Under the pieces are notes generated by a model that was given only the letters and a program-made list of their open reading frames with translations, was not told where the DNA came from and searched no databases. The position numbers and the translations under genes were made by a program. DNA of 64,000 bases. It comes from an uncultured Marinobacter sp. (GTDB lineage: Bacteria; Pseudomonadota; Gammaproteobacteria; Pseudomonadales; Oleiphilaceae). Positions 20,179 to 31,491 of the stretch are shown here, in pieces. Each line of letters opens with the position of its first letter. The first letter of the stretch is position 1. The stretch is taken from contig NZ_CANLBK010000006.1 of the NCBI RefSeq assembly GCF_947488835.1, forward strand, positions 40,042 through 104,041. The letters run 5' to 3'.

Positions 20179-20438
20179 AGAAGCAACTTTTCTTATCATA
20201 AAGATCTACGACCAGTCAGCTCTTTATGCTTCAGTCACTTACGGCACACTCTTAATGCGCCGCATGATGACTCACTTTTAATACATGAACGCTCACTTTG
20301 CAAACATTTCATGTCATTTTTTTAACTCATTTAATGCCCAAAATGCAAATTCTTATTCCATTACAACTTTGTCCTGGGCTCTTCCGCTATTCGCGGGAGG
20401 GTAAATCAACGCTTGCCTGAATAAGTTTTCAACAACAC

Positions 20439-20885
20439 TCAGCGGGTTGAAAGCATAAAAGTTACCGGCCCGTCATTAACCAGGCTTACCTTCATATCCG
20501 CGCCGAACAAACCTTCTCTAACCCTTGCTGCGCCAAGCTCCGCCCGTGCCAGATCAAGGAAACTGGCATACTGAATTTCTGCCAAATCAGGGGCAGCAGC
20601 ACATGAAAATCCAGGACGTGTACCTGAGGAAGTATCAGCAGCGAGTGTAAACTGGGGTACGACAAGCAAGGCGCCACCTGCATCTAACAAACTAAGGTTC
20701 ATGCGCCCCGCTTCATCAGGAAAAATGCGGTAGGTAAGTATTTTCCGAAGCAACTGTTTTGTTTCATTCTGCCCATCTCCCCGCTCCACACCCAGCAACA
20801 CTAAAATACCGGTATCTACGCGCGAAATTTCACGACCGTCGACCTCGACGCTGGCGTTTAACACCCGCTGGACAAGTCCTTTCAT
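20439..20885 (-). CDS. dtd: D-aminoacyl-tRNA deacylase
   Basis: MKGLVQRV, PQFTL, NDGPVT (Gly-cisPro motif). Confidence 0.97.
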   Translation of the reverse strand: MKGLVQRVLNASVEVDGREISRVDTGILVLLGVERGDGQNETKQLLRKILTYRIFPDEAGRMNLSLLDAGGALLVVPQFTLAADTSSGTRPGFSCAAAPDLAEIQYASFLDLARAELGAARVREGLFGADMKVSLVNDGPVTFMLSTR

Positions 20886-20980
20886 CCTGTTTTTTTGTTA
20901 ACTCCGGTCAATGAGAATTACAAACAGGCAAGAGTGTAGCCATGCTCGCAGATTCTCGCAACCCCGACTAACGGCTAGCA

Positions 20981-21943
20981 TCAGCCAGCATTTTTATCCG
21001 CTCTCGCAATCACCTCATCAACACTTCGCAGCAGCGCATCCACAATGGCAGGCTCAGATGCTGAATGCCCGGCTTCGCGGATGATTCGCAGCTCCGCTTC
21101 GGGCCACGCATTGCTGAGGGCAAGCGCATTATCCAACGGACACACCATGTCATAGCGACCATGAACAATAATGGCGGGTATATCCCGAAGCTTGTGTGCA
21201 TTCCTTACAATCTGATTATCTTTGAGAAACGCAGCATTCATGAAATAGTGGCATTCGATTCGCGCCAGTGCGATGGCAACATGCGGATGGCCAAAATGCG
21301 CAACAACTCGCGGATTCGGGTGTAACGTAGCGCAGCGGCCTTCCCACAAAGACCAGGCCTTCGCAGCCTGCATCTGTTCCAATTCGTTACTGCTGGTCAG
21401 CCTACGGTAGTAAGCGCTGACCATATCGCTGCGCTCACCCTCAGGTATCGGGGCCTCAAATTCCTGCCAGTAGTCTGGAAATACACGGCTCGCACCATCC
21501 TGATAGAACCAGGAAATATCCCGCGGGCGGCACAGAAAAACACCCCGCAGCACAAGCCCTATAACCCGATCAGCATGGGCCTGGGCGTACACAAGGCTGA
21601 GAGTCGACCCCCAACTCCCTCCAAACAACAACCAGCGCTCAATTCCCAGGAATTCGCGAATGGTTTCCATATCCTGAACCAGCTTGTCGGTGCTGTTCCC
21701 CTCAAGTTCCGCCAGGGGTGTGGAGCGACCAGCTCCGCGCTGATCCACAAGAATGACCCGAAAACGCTCTGCATCAAAGAATCTGCGGTGGTAATCCTCG
21801 CACCCTCCTCCAGGGCCGCCATGAACAAAGAGAACGGGAATTCCCTCCGGATTACCACTTTCCTCTACATACAGCTCATGGGGCTCTTCCACCGCCAGCC
21901 GATGCTTCGCGTATGGTTTGATGTCCGGGTACAGGGTAAGCAT
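20981..21943 (-). CDS. pip: Proline iminopeptidase
   Basis: HGGPGGG, DQRGAGRS, GGSWG nucleophile, GRYDMVCP, AGH. Confidence 0.97.
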   Translation of the reverse strand: MLTLYPDIKPYAKHRLAVEEPHELYVEESGNPEGIPVLFVHGGPGGGCEDYHRRFFDAERFRVILVDQRGAGRSTPLAELEGNSTDKLVQDMETIREFLGIERWLLFGGSWGSTLSLVYAQAHADRVIGLVLRGVFLCRPRDISWFYQDGASRVFPDYWQEFEAPIPEGERSDMVSAYYRRLTSSNELEQMQAAKAWSLWEGRCATLHPNPRVVAHFGHPHVAIALARIECHYFMNAAFLKDNQIVRNAHKLRDIPAIIVHGRYDMVCPLDNALALSNAWPEAELRIIREAGHSASEPAIVDALLRSVDEVIARADKNAG

Positions 21944-22028
21944 GGGGAGCTCCGCTGATCAGTTTAGGGTCGAAGATAGTGTAGCCGAGATAAGCGGGCA
22001 CCGGTTGACTTTGCATATACCGGAGGCC

Positions 22029-22064
22029 AAAAAAAGGCCGGGGCTGTGTTACCAGCGCCGGCCT
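22029..22064 (-). terminator. Intrinsic terminator of typA
   Basis: AGGCCGG...CCGGCCT stem with a minus-strand U7 run. Confidence 0.8.
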
Positions 22065-22081
22065 GATTCAGAACGTAAACC

Positions 22082-23893
22082 TTACTTCTTATTCGCGCGC
22101 TTGCGCTCGTTTTCGGTAAGGTGCTTCTTACGCAGACGAATAGATTTTGGCGTTACTTCAACCAATTCATCGTCATCAATAAATTCCAGCGCCTGCTCAA
22201 GGGTAAACTTGATCGGCGGCACCAAGCCAATGACTTCGTCCTTGCCGGAGGCACGCATGTTGTCCAGCTTCTTACCCTTGGTGGGGTTAATCACCAAGTC
22301 GTTTTCGCGGCTATGTATCCCGCAAAGCTGTCCTTCATAGATATCCTGACCCGGGTCGAGGAAAAGCTTGCCACGGCTCTGGAGAGTCTCCAACGAGTAA
22401 GTCAGCGCTGTACCTGTAGCCATAGACACCAACACACCGTTCTGGCGACTTGTAACGTCACCGCTCTTGATCGGCCCGTAATGGCTGAAGGTTGAGGTAA
22501 GAATACCCGTACCGGAGGTCATGGTCAGGAAGCTGTTACGGAAGCCGATAAGCCCACGGGCAGGAATGGTGTACTCAAGGCGCATGCGGCCCTTGCCATC
22601 CGGCACCATATTGGTGAGATCGCCCTTACGCAAACCCATTTGCTCCATCAAAGAACCCTGGTGCTGCTCTTCAATATCAACAATAACGTTCTCGTACGGC
22701 TCTTGCTTCTCGCCATCCACTTCCTTGATGACCACTTCAGGGCGACCTACCGCCAGCTCAAAGTTTTCGCGGCGCATGTTTTCAATCAGTACCGACAGGT
22801 GCAGTTCACCGCGCCCGGATACCTTGAATTTATCTGCCGAGTCGCCTTCTTCTACACGCAGGGCAACGTTGTGCAGCAATTCCTTCTCAAGGCGATCTTT
22901 GATGTTCCGACTGGTAACAAACTTGCCTTCCTTACCGCAGAAGGGCGAGTCGTTAACCTGGAATGTCATGGATACAGTAGGCTCATCTACGGTCAACGGA
23001 GGCAGCGCCTCAACGTTGTTCATGTCACACAAGGTGTCTGAGATGTAAAGCTGATCCAGGCCACTTACGCACACAATGTCGCCAGCCTGGGCTTCTTGTA
23101 CTTCCACTCGCTGCAAACCGGAATGCCCCATAATCTTGAGGATGCGGCCCTGGCGCTTTTTGCCGTCAGCACCAATCGCAACGACTGGCGAGTTGGTTGT
23201 AACCTTTCCACGTGCAATACGACCAATACCGATCACACCAAGAAAGCTGCTGTAATCGAGCTGGGATATCTGCATCTGGAAGGGACCTTCCGGATCAACA
23301 GACGGCGCGGGCACGTGATCAACAATTGCCTGGAATACGGCATCCATGTTGTCTGCCAGATCCTCATGGTCCAGGCCGGCTACACCGTTCAGGGCGCTGG
23401 CATAAACAATCGGGAAATCCAGCTGCTCATCGGTTGCACCGAGGCTGTCAAACAGATCGAAAACCTGGTCTACAACCCAATCCGGGCGCGCGCCCGGGCG
23501 GTCAACCTTGTTCACAACCACAATCGGGCGAAGCCCGGCTGCAAAAGCCTTTTGGGTTACAAAGCGGGTCTGGGGCATGGGGCCGTCGATGGAATCTACC
23601 ACCAGCAGCACGCAATCAACCATGCTCATCACTCGTTCCACTTCGCCGCCAAAATCCGCGTGCCCAGGGGTGTCTACAATATTGATGTCGTAGCCATTCC
23701 ACTTAAGGGCGGTGTTTTTGGCAAGAATAGTAATGCCCCGCTCTTTTTCCTGGTCGTTGGAATCCATGACGCGCTCGTTCTCGAGCTCTTTGCGATCCAG
23801 GGTGCCGGACAGACGCAGCAGCTTATCTACAAGCGTGGTCTTACCATGGTCAACGTGGGCGATAATGGCGATATTACGAAGTTTTTCAATCAC
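22082..23893 (-). CDS. typA: Ribosome-associated GTPase TypA/BipA
   Basis: [29 protein letters not shown]. Start moved to GTG 23893. Confidence 0.98.
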   Translation of the reverse strand: MIEKLRNIAIIAHVDHGKTTLVDKLLRLSGTLDRKELENERVMDSNDQEKERGITILAKNTALKWNGYDINIVDTPGHADFGGEVERVMSMVDCVLLVVDSIDGPMPQTRFVTQKAFAAGLRPIVVVNKVDRPGARPDWVVDQVFDLFDSLGATDEQLDFPIVYASALNGVAGLDHEDLADNMDAVFQAIVDHVPAPSVDPEGPFQMQISQLDYSSFLGVIGIGRIARGKVTTNSPVVAIGADGKKRQGRILKIMGHSGLQRVEVQEAQAGDIVCVSGLDQLYISDTLCDMNNVEALPPLTVDEPTVSMTFQVNDSPFCGKEGKFVTSRNIKDRLEKELLHNVALRVEEGDSADKFKVSGRGELHLSVLIENMRRENFELAVGRPEVVIKEVDGEKQEPYENVIVDIEEQHQGSLMEQMGLRKGDLTNMVPDGKGRMRLEYTIPARGLIGFRNSFLTMTSGTGILTSTFSHYGPIKSGDVTSRQNGVLVSMATGTALTYSLETLQSRGKLFLDPGQDIYEGQLCGIHSRENDLVINPTKGKKLDNMRASGKDEVIGLVPPIKFTLEQALEFIDDDELVEVTPKSIRLRKKHLTENERKRANKK

Positions 23894-24087
23894 AAATTTA
23901 TTCCTGAGAAATGCACTCAATGATCCAAGAAAGCCATTCAGGGACAACCCCGCACACGCCATCTCAAATCTGTAAAATGGATTCATCCACTGGAACCTGG
24001 CGGCCCAGCGCCCTGCATGTCGCGCCCAGGCTAATAGCCTGAGCCCATGCAGAGAAAATGAAGCGGCGCGCAGTATATCGAAAACAC

Positions 24088-24104
24088 TGCACCGTTTATA
24101 TGCA
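24088..24104. promoter_or_regulatory. Weak NtrC-type site
   Basis: TGCACCGTTTATATGCA compared with the consensus TGCACC-N5-GGTGCA. Confidence 0.45.
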
Positions 24105-24147
24105 GAAGAACGCCTATTTCTTAATCAATTTCACGAAGCGATCTCAT

Positions 24148-24164
24148 CGCACCAACTTGGTGCA
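24148..24164. promoter_or_regulatory. NtrC binding site 1 (glnA enhancer)
   Basis: CGCACCAACTTGGTGCA, near consensus. Confidence 0.85.
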
Positions 24165-24188
24165 GAATGTCGAGCCAGCCTCGCCTCT

Positions 24189-24205
24189 CGCACCATTATG
24201 GCGCA
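24189..24205. promoter_or_regulatory. NtrC binding site 2 (glnA enhancer)
   Basis: CGCACCATTATGGCGCA, 41 bp from site 1 and about 100 bp upstream of the sigma54 promoter. Confidence 0.8.
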
Positions 24206-24302
24206 CATCGTGCCCGTTAAGCCAATCACTCCCGTCGCCCCCATCTCCGAGCAACCCCCAAAGACGCCATAAATGTTCAGATCCTGGGTAACCGCTCAAA
24301 AC

Positions 24303-24317
24303 TGGCAAGCGCCTTGC
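24303..24317 (+). promoter_or_regulatory. Sigma54 promoter of glnA
   Basis: TGGCAAGCGCCTTGC with exact GG-N10-GC (-24/-12) spacing. Confidence 0.85.
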
Positions 24318-24497
24318 TTTAATCCACCTATCAAGTTTTTTAAACCTTCTGCTCAGCGCAAATGTGAAGGTAAGAACCAACAGCTTTTGTTAAGCTGCGC
24401 AGACCTGTATACCAGACCGGAGTTAAGCCCCACAGAGCGATCCGGAACAAAGATCACGAATACGCCCGCGGTGCGGGAATACATACGGAGCATGCAG

Positions 24498-25901
24498 ATG
24501 TCCAAGACAGTTGATTTGATCAAAGAGCACGAAGTGAAGTGGGTTGATATGCGCTTCACCGACAGCCGCGGTAAAGAGCAGCACGTCACCATACCTGCAA
24601 CTGAAGTCAACGAAGACTTCTTCGCCGAAGGCAAGATGTTTGACGGCTCCTCCATTGCCGGCTGGAAAGGCATCAACGAATCCGACATGATTCTGATGCC
24701 GGATGACAGCAGCTCCGTACTCGACCCCTTCACCGAAGAAAGCACCGTCAACATCACCTGCGACATTGTTGAACCTTCTACCATGCAAGGCTATGAGCGG
24801 GACCCCCGCTCTGTTGCCCGCCGGGCAGAGGAATACCTGAAATCCACAGGCATCGCAGACGGCGCGCTGTTCGGCCCGGAGCCAGAGTTTTTCGTTTTCG
24901 ATTCGGCCAAGTGGAAAACAGACATGCAGGGCTCCATGTACTCGCTTCACTCTGAAGAAGCGGCCTGGGTTTCCGGTGACGACTTTAATGGCAACAACAT
25001 CGGCCACCGCCCTGGTGTGAAAGGCGGTTATTTCCCCGTGCCACCAGTCGACAGTCTGCACGATCTGCGGGGCGCAATGTGCGCGGCCATGGAATCCATG
25101 GGCTTGGTTATTGAAGTGCATCACCACGAAGTGGGCACCGCCGGCCAGTGTGAAATTGGCGTTGGCCCCAACACGCTGACCAAAAAAGCGGACGAAGTTC
25201 AGATTCTTAAATACTGTGTACACAACGTGGCCCACGCCTACGGCAAAACTGCTACCTTTATGCCCAAACCGGTCGTCGGTGACAACGGTTCAGGCATGCA
25301 CGTGCACATGAGTTTGAACAAAGACGGCAAAAACCTGTTTGCAGGCGACAGCTATGCAGGCCTGAGTGAAATGGCGCTGTTCTACGTTGGCGGGATCATC
25401 AAACACGCCAAAGCCTTGAACGCATTCACCAACCCGGCCACAAACAGCTATAAGCGTCTGGTTCCCCATTACGAGGCGCCAGTTATGCTTGCTTACTCTG
25501 CGCGCAACCGTTCCGCATCCATCCGTATCCCGTATGTCACCAGCCCGAAAGCACGCCGTGTGGAAGTTCGCTTCCCCGACCCGGCAGCCAACCCATACCT
25601 GGCGTTTTCTGCTCTGATGATGGCTGGCCTTGATGGCATCCAGAACAAGATCCACCCTGGCGACGCAATGGACAAGGATCTGTACGATCTGCCAAAAGAA
25701 GAAGCGCTAAGCATCCCCAAGGTGGCAGAGACTCTGCAGGAAGCCTTGGACGCCTTGAAAGCAGACCATGAGTTCCTGACCCGTGGCGGCGTATTTACAG
25801 AAGATATGATTCAGGGCTACATTGACCTGAAGCGCGGCGAAGTTGAGCGTATCAACATGACTACTCACCCGGTTGAGTTCGAACTCTACTATTCGTGCTA
25901 A
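24498..25901 (+). CDS. glnA: Glutamine synthetase type I
   Basis: [40 protein letters not shown], and adenylylation motif DKDLYDLP. Start moved to ATG 24498 (GGAG SD). Confidence 0.99.
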   Translation: MSKTVDLIKEHEVKWVDMRFTDSRGKEQHVTIPATEVNEDFFAEGKMFDGSSIAGWKGINESDMILMPDDSSSVLDPFTEESTVNITCDIVEPSTMQGYERDPRSVARRAEEYLKSTGIADGALFGPEPEFFVFDSAKWKTDMQGSMYSLHSEEAAWVSGDDFNGNNIGHRPGVKGGYFPVPPVDSLHDLRGAMCAAMESMGLVIEVHHHEVGTAGQCEIGVGPNTLTKKADEVQILKYCVHNVAHAYGKTATFMPKPVVGDNGSGMHVHMSLNKDGKNLFAGDSYAGLSEMALFYVGGIIKHAKALNAFTNPATNSYKRLVPHYEAPVMLAYSARNRSASIRIPYVTSPKARRVEVRFPDPAANPYLAFSALMMAGLDGIQNKIHPGDAMDKDLYDLPKEEALSIPKVAETLQEALDALKADHEFLTRGGVFTEDMIQGYIDLKRGEVERINMTTHPVEFELYYSC

Positions 25902-25952
25902 AAGTCTTGCCGCAGCCCACTAAAAGCTGCACTGGCACTGAATAGTCCTAGC

Positions 25953-25986
25953 AAAAGCCCCGCTCTCACAAGCGGGGCTTTTTTTT
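25953..25986 (+). terminator. Intrinsic terminator of glnA
   Basis: AAAAGCCCCGCT-CTCACA-AGCGGGGCTTTTTTTT. Confidence 0.92.
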
Positions 25987-26120
25987 GTAGCGAGATTTTG
26001 TGATCCTCGACACAACACCGCAGCTCTTAACGATATGTAATCATCATCTCCCCACCGCCGCATTGAAAAGGCCCGCCCGGCCATTGATAATCAGACTACA
26101 TATTACTGTAGGCTGCACTT

Positions 26121-26645
26121 ATGAAATCAACGCTTGGAATCACCGCGGGGCTGATGCTCCTGATCTCAGGGCAGGTCACCGCAGAGGTGTACCGCAACGT
26201 GGATGCGCAAGGCAATGTCACTTTCTCCGATGAGCCCTCGAAAGGTGCTGAAAAGGTCAAGGTGAAGCCAGTGACAACCATCACTCTCCCGAAACCGCAG
26301 AATGTTCAGGAAACCGACAAGCTGCGAGAAGAAGTGAAGCGGGAAGGCTCAATATACGAGAGCGTTTCTTTCACATACCCTGAAAACGAGCAGGCATTCC
26401 ACTCAGGCAACGGCGATGTGCAGTTCAAAATGAGCAGTTCACCCGGGCTTGCATCTGGCCACAAATATGAAGTAACTCTGGATGGCCAGCCCGTTGGCCA
26501 GAGCGCGTCTGGCTCTGTCACCGTTCGCAACGTGTTTCGCGGCACACATGAGGCCGGGATTCATATTGTGGACAGAAACGGCGTTCAGATTAAAACCGGC
26601 AGCCCTATACGCTTTACCATTCACCGCCCCTCCCTTCAGAACTGA
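26121..26645 (+). CDS. DUF4124-domain exported protein
   Basis: Signal peptide, then EVYRNVDAQGNVTFSDEP, and a C-terminal Ig-like segment. Located between glnA and ntrB as in pseudomonads. Confidence 0.8.
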   Translation: MKSTLGITAGLMLLISGQVTAEVYRNVDAQGNVTFSDEPSKGAEKVKVKPVTTITLPKPQNVQETDKLREEVKREGSIYESVSFTYPENEQAFHSGNGDVQFKMSSSPGLASGHKYEVTLDGQPVGQSASGSVTVRNVFRGTHEAGIHIVDRNGVQIKTGSPIRFTIHRPSLQN

Positions 26646-26651
26646 CGCGAA

Positions 26652-26687
26652 CGCACCATCTTGGTGCGACCGCGCAGCAATAGTGCA
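26652..26687. promoter_or_regulatory. NtrC site pair upstream of glnL
   Basis: CGCACCATCTTGGTGCG (26652-26668, strong) and CGCGCAGCAATAGTGCA (26671-26687, weak). Confidence 0.75.
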
Positions 26688-26821
26688 ACAATAACGCGGA
26701 TAGCAGAGACGTAATACGTCGACCTGTCCGCTCCTCTGTTGCTTTGGCCGCCCCCCACCCACTGGCCGCCACAGCGTCCAGGGCGGCAGGTTTAAACACC
26801 CAGTCATCAACTTATCGAAAT

Positions 26822-26836
26822 TGGTTCGATTTTTGC
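26822..26836 (+). promoter_or_regulatory. Putative sigma54 promoter of glnL-glnG
   Basis: TGGTTCGATTTTTGC with GG-N10-GC spacing, about 150 bp downstream of the NtrC sites. Confidence 0.7.
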
Positions 26837-26927
26837 TGCACTCTGTTATTGCGGCCAGAAAGGGCCCAGGGAGTTACTGGCCAAGCGCCACCCCAACCTA
26901 TCTTGCCTTAGCCAACAGGACGCACCC

Positions 26928-28025
26928 ATGGAACACCTCCCAGCATCTGCAAACCAATTCAAAAACATGCTGGACAACCTCTCCACAGCAGTCATTGTGC
27001 TGGAGCGCAATCTGACAATACGCTACCTGAACCCTGCCGCCGAAAATCTGTTTGAAACCAGCTTGACTCGTAGCGCGGGCCTTGCACTCAGTGACATCCT
27101 GCTGGGTTCGGATGAGGCCTTCAGAACCCTGCGCAAAGCGGCGACGACCAACCAATCTTACACTCGCCGGGAAACCGAATTCCTTATGGCCAGCGGCTCA
27201 CTGCGAATGGTGGACTACTCTGTGTCGCCCCTGGAGCAAACACCCGCAGTGTTACTTGTAGAAATCCAGCCCAGGGATCGCCTGCTGCGTATAAGTCGAG
27301 AAGAAGATCTAATCGCCCAACAGGAAACCACTCGCATCCTGGTACGGGGCATGGCCCATGAGATAAAGAACCCTCTTGGAGGGATTCGCGGCGCTGCACA
27401 ACTTCTTGACCGGGAACTGGGCAGCGAAGACCTCCGGGAATATACCCGGGTAATCATTGATGAGGCCGACCGCTTACGCAGCTTGGTTGATCGCATGCTG
27501 GGCCCCAACAAAGCCCTGAAACTGGCACCAATCAACATCCACGAAATCCTTGAGCGCGTGCGCACTCTGCTGGAAGCTGAAAGCAAAGGAAAAGTGGTAT
27601 TCCAGCGAGATTACGACCCCAGCCTGCCCGAGCTTTCCGGGGACAAAGAGCTGTTGATTCAGGCGCTTCTCAACATTGCCCGCAATGCGATGGAAGCGGT
27701 ATTTGAAAGTCCTGCCAATCACTTTGGCGATGACAAAACTCCCACCATTACGTTTCGCACGCGCGCCCTTAGACAGGTATCCATCGGCCCCAACCGCCAC
27801 CGCCTTGCGTGCCGGGTAGACATCATCGACAACGGGCCGGGGATTGCGCCCGAGCTGCGCCAGAATATTTTCTATCCGATGATCAGCGGTCGCGCCAACG
27901 GCACCGGGCTCGGGCTATCCATCACACAAAGCATTATCGGCCAACACCATGGGCTGGTTGAGTGCGAGAGTGAGCCAGGCCAGACTGACTTCATTATCTT
28001 CCTGCCACTGGAGGGCACCACATGA
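26928..28025 (+). CDS. glnL: Nitrogen regulation sensor kinase NtrB
   Basis: PAS domain, H-box MAHEIKNPLGGIRGAAQLL, DNGPGI, GTGLGL. Confidence 0.97.
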   Translation: MEHLPASANQFKNMLDNLSTAVIVLERNLTIRYLNPAAENLFETSLTRSAGLALSDILLGSDEAFRTLRKAATTNQSYTRRETEFLMASGSLRMVDYSVSPLEQTPAVLLVEIQPRDRLLRISREEDLIAQQETTRILVRGMAHEIKNPLGGIRGAAQLLDRELGSEDLREYTRVIIDEADRLRSLVDRMLGPNKALKLAPINIHEILERVRTLLEAESKGKVVFQRDYDPSLPELSGDKELLIQALLNIARNAMEAVFESPANHFGDDKTPTITFRTRALRQVSIGPNRHRLACRVDIIDNGPGIAPELRQNIFYPMISGRANGTGLGLSITQSIIGQHHGLVECESEPGQTDFIIFLPLEGTT

Positions 28026-29461
28026 ACCAGAAATCCGCCAAGGTCTGGATCGTCGACGACGATCGCAGCATCCGCTGGGTGCTGGAACGCGCCCTCGTCC
28101 AGGCTGGATTGCAGCCCACCGTATTCGAGAGCGGCGAAACTATCATGAAGCGGCTGGAGCAGCAGCAGCCCGACGCCATTATCAGCGACATCCGCATGCC
28201 CGGCATAGACGGCATCACGCTGCTGTCGCGAATTACGGAAGCTTATCCAGATATACCCGTTATCATCATGACGGCTCACTCTGACCTGGAAAGCGCGGTC
28301 ACCAGCTATCAGTCCGGTGCATTTGAGTACCTTCCAAAGCCCTTTGACGTGGACGATGCCGTTGCGCTGGCAATGCGAGCCGTGGCTCACAGCCATGAAA
28401 GGCGAGCGGGCTCAGAACCAAAAGCAGAAGCCCTTCAACACAGCACAGAAATCATCGGTGAAGCCCCTGCCATGCAGGAAGTTTTTCGTGCTATAGGCCG
28501 GCTCTCACACTCCAACATCACTGTTCTTATCAACGGTGAAAGCGGAACAGGCAAAGAACTGGTCGCTCAAGCCCTGCACAACCACAGCCCAAGGGCCCAA
28601 CTCCCCTTCATTGCCCTGAATATGGCGGCGATTCCCAGAGACCTTATAGAATCTGAACTCTTCGGCCATGAGAAAGGCGCCTTCACCGGCGCTTCGGCTA
28701 TACGACAAGGGCGATTCGAGCAGGCTAACGGCGGCACACTGTTTCTTGATGAAATTGGCGACATGCCGGGCGACACTCAAACCCGCCTGCTACGAGTTCT
28801 GGCTGACGGCGAATTTTATCGAGTTGGGGGCACCACGCCCGTCAAGGTAGATGTGCGCATCATCGCCGCCACCCACCAGAATCTGGAGAAGCTCGTTGAG
28901 TCCGGGGAATTCCGGGAAGACCTCTTCCATCGCCTGAACGTTATTCGCGTGCACCTACCGAAACTGGCCGAGCGCCGCGAAGATATCCACCGGCTTATGC
29001 AGCATTTTTTGCAGCGGGCCGCTAATGAACTGAAGGTTGAACCAAAAATTCTGCGGCCAGAAACACAAAGTTACCTCTCCACCTTGCCTTGGCCCGGTAA
29101 CGTACGACAGCTTGAGAATGTTTGCCGGTGGCTAACGGTAATGGCAAGTGGGCGCGAGGTGCATATCAATGACCTGCCTCCCGAACTGCGCCACCAGGGC
29201 GAGCAGCCCATGACTGGCGCTACTTGGCAGGAAGGACTTAAGAACTGGGCTCATCAGGAACTGAGACGAGGAGAAACAGCCATTCTCGAATCCGCCATGC
29301 CGGAATTTGAAAAAATCATGATCGAGACAGCGCTGGAATACACAGGCGGCAAGCGTCGGGACGCTTCGGTTCTCCTTGGCTGGGGACGAAATACCCTGAC
29401 TCGTAAAATCAATGAGCTGGGCATGGATCGCACCGAGGAAGACCAGGCTTACAAAAACTAA
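28022..29461 (+). CDS. glnG: Nitrogen regulation response regulator NtrC
   Basis: Receiver [30 protein letters not shown]-terminal [13 protein letters not shown]. Confidence 0.98.
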   Translation: MNQKSAKVWIVDDDRSIRWVLERALVQAGLQPTVFESGETIMKRLEQQQPDAIISDIRMPGIDGITLLSRITEAYPDIPVIIMTAHSDLESAVTSYQSGAFEYLPKPFDVDDAVALAMRAVAHSHERRAGSEPKAEALQHSTEIIGEAPAMQEVFRAIGRLSHSNITVLINGESGTGKELVAQALHNHSPRAQLPFIALNMAAIPRDLIESELFGHEKGAFTGASAIRQGRFEQANGGTLFLDEIGDMPGDTQTRLLRVLADGEFYRVGGTTPVKVDVRIIAATHQNLEKLVESGEFREDLFHRLNVIRVHLPKLAERREDIHRLMQHFLQRAANELKVEPKILRPETQSYLSTLPWPGNVRQLENVCRWLTVMASGREVHINDLPPELRHQGEQPMTGATWQEGLKNWAHQELRRGETAILESAMPEFEKIMIETALEYTGGKRRDASVLLGWGRNTLTRKINELGMDRTEEDQAYKN

Positions 29462-29490
29462 AAACGGCTACCTGAGTAGCCGTTTTTCTT
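29461..29490. terminator. Bidirectional terminator between glnG and ssb
   Basis: AAAACGGCTAC-CTGA-GTAGCCGTTTTT. Confidence 0.85.
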
Positions 29491-29511
29491 TACCAATTCA
29501 ATTTACCCAAG

Positions 29512-30063
29512 TCAGAACGGGATATCGTCATCAAAATCATCCACCGGCTCAGGCATGCTGCTTCCCTGTGCTGGCTGGCCTTGATTTTGGCCCTGATTAT
29601 AACCCTGGCTATAACCGCCCGACTGCGGCGGATTGTTCTGCGGCTGCGCAGCAGGTGCTGGTTGCTGCTGAGGACGCCCGGCAGGTGCCCCCTGGCTCAT
29701 ACCACCTTCGCCACCACTACGGCTGTCCAGCATCTGCATCTGACCATTAATGTCGACGACCACCTCAGTGGTGTAAACATCCTGGCCTTCCTTGTTCTGC
29801 CATTTGCGCGTCTGCAGCTTGCCTTCAATATAGACTTTGGAGCCTTTTCGCAGGTACTGCCCGGCAATCTCCGCAATCTTTCCAAACATAACAATGCGGT
29901 GCCATTCGGTTTTTGGGACCATCTGACCTGTCTGGCGATCCTTGTAGCTCTCATCCGTCGCAAGAGTCAGGTTCACCACGGCGTTGCCGTTCGGGGTGTA
30001 ACGAGTATCCGGATCCTGCCCGAGATTCCCGATAAGAATAACTTTGTTTACGCCTCTTGCCAT
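29512..30063 (-). CDS. ssb: Single-stranded DNA-binding protein
   Basis: [23 protein letters not shown], Gln/Pro/Gly linker, C-terminal DFDDDIPF. Confidence 0.99.
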   Translation of the reverse strand: MARGVNKVILIGNLGQDPDTRYTPNGNAVVNLTLATDESYKDRQTGQMVPKTEWHRIVMFGKIAEIAGQYLRKGSKVYIEGKLQTRKWQNKEGQDVYTTEVVVDINGQMQMLDSRSGGEGGMSQGAPAGRPQQQPAPAAQPQNNPPQSGGYSQGYNQGQNQGQPAQGSSMPEPVDDFDDDIPF

Positions 30064-30120
30064 GTTCTGCTCCTGATTCTGTTTTCAGCGACACTCGCAC
30101 TCCTTGCGAGCCTCCGGATT

Positions 30121-31491
30121 TCAAGAATTATTACCCTGCCGGACGAATGGAAAATCCGCAAGTAATGTCTCATCAAAGTGCTGTCGGTCCACCTTAAGAT
30201 AGGCCGTGGCAGCATTCTCAATAATGACCACATCCTGCACACCGGGTAGGCGGCGCAGACTGCCATCAACAACGTCGTACTGGTCGCCGACCATATCCCG
30301 CAACTGTACCACGAAACCTGAGGTGTGACCCGGCGCTGGCATGGTCAAAGCGACCAGTAACCATAGCCCCAAAACGGCCACCATAAACCAGACAACCCCT
30401 TCAACTCCAACCTGCTGCAGCAGGTAGCCACCAAAGGCTCCGCCCATGAAGGCGCCCATAAACTGAGAGGTAGAATACACGCCCATAGCCGTTCCCTTGC
30501 TGGCCGCCGGCGCTTCTTTGCTGATCAGCGACGGCAGGCTGGCCTCCAGCAAATTAAAGGCCATAAAAAAGAAAAACATCACAACCCAAGCGAAAACAAG
30601 ACCTGCGGACACCTTGGAAAGCCCCGCAGTCGCTATGGCAAGAAGCCCAATCGCACCACAAAGCACTGGCTTCATCAGGCGTTTTTTCTCGCCAACAATG
30701 ATAAAGGGCACCATGGCAAAAAATGAGGTGATCATCACACTCAAGTAAAACCACCAATGTGAGCCGCTGGCAAGCCCAAGCTGATTCTGCAATACCGAAG
30801 GAAACACCAAAAACAACGAAGTAAGCACCAGATGTAGAGCGAAAATACCGAAATCGAGTCGTAGCAGGCGCTTATCAGACAAAACCCGTCCCAGCATGGC
30901 TTTCGCGGGATGAGTATCAGCACTGATCTTGTGTTGATGGGGTGTCGGCACCACGCGATTCACAATGAGCAGAGCTACCATGGCCAACACAGCGGTGGCA
31001 TAGAAGATTCCCGACAGCCCCCAAACGGAACCCAGCAAGGGGCCGACTACTAGAGAAACAGAAAATGACAGGCCAATTGAGATGCCAACCGTGGCCATGG
31101 CTTTGGTTCGTTGCTCTTCTCGGGTAAGGTCACTGAGCAGTGCCATGAGAACACTGGCAATAGCCCCGGCGCCCTGAAGGATCCGCCCAGCAATAACAAC
31201 GTATATTGAATCTGCGGAACCTGCCAGTATGCTGCCAGCCGCGAACAGAAGCAGTCCGATATAGATCATGCGCTTGCGGCCCACACGATCTGAAAGCAGG
31301 CCAAATGGAATCTGCAGCAGGGCCTGGCTCAGCCCATAAGCGCCGATGGCAAAGCCCAACAGTGCAGGAGTGGCGCCCTCCAGGCCGTCACCCAGCAACA
31401 TAAACACGGGCATGATCATGAACAACCCGAGCATGCGCACGGCATACACTGACGCCAGCGCAAATACGGAGCGTTTTTCCAGCGAATTCAT
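30121..31491 (-). CDS. MFS transporter (YajR-like)
   Basis: [11 protein letters not shown], motif [13 protein letters not shown]-terminal YLKVD domain. Start moved to ATG 31491. Confidence 0.9.
   Translation of the reverse strand: MNSLEKRSVFALASVYAVRMLGLFMIMPVFMLLGDGLEGATPALLGFAIGAYGLSQALLQIPFGLLSDRVGRKRMIYIGLLLFAAGSILAGSADSIYVVIAGRILQGAGAIASVLMALLSDLTREEQRTKAMATVGISIGLSFSVSLVVGPLLGSVWGLSGIFYATAVLAMVALLIVNRVVPTPHQHKISADTHPAKAMLGRVLSDKRLLRLDFGIFALHLVLTSLFLVFPSVLQNQLGLASGSHWWFYLSVMITSFFAMVPFIIVGEKKRLMKPVLCGAIGLLAIATAGLSKVSAGLVFAWVVMFFFFMAFNLLEASLPSLISKEAPAASKGTAMGVYSTSQFMGAFMGGAFGGYLLQQVGVEGVVWFMVAVLGLWLLVALTMPAPGHTSGFVVQLRDMVGDQYDVVDGSLRRLPGVQDVVIIENAATAYLKVDRQHFDETLLADFPFVRQGNNS

Noticed and set aside
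24362-24367. ATG-TGA start-stop uORF in the glnA leader
   Set aside because: No SD upstream, and such hexamers are expected by chance.
24273-24497. N-terminal extension of glnA in the ORF track, and similar extensions of typA, MFS, porin, CYTH, rpsN, rplJ, rpsH and rpsM
   Set aside because: Upstream in-frame starts lack SD sequences and homology, and overlap promoters or leaders.
30079-30094. CTGT-N8-ACAC upstream of ssb as a LexA box
   Set aside because: It mismatches the conserved ACAG and the spacer is not AT-alternating, so it is probably chance.
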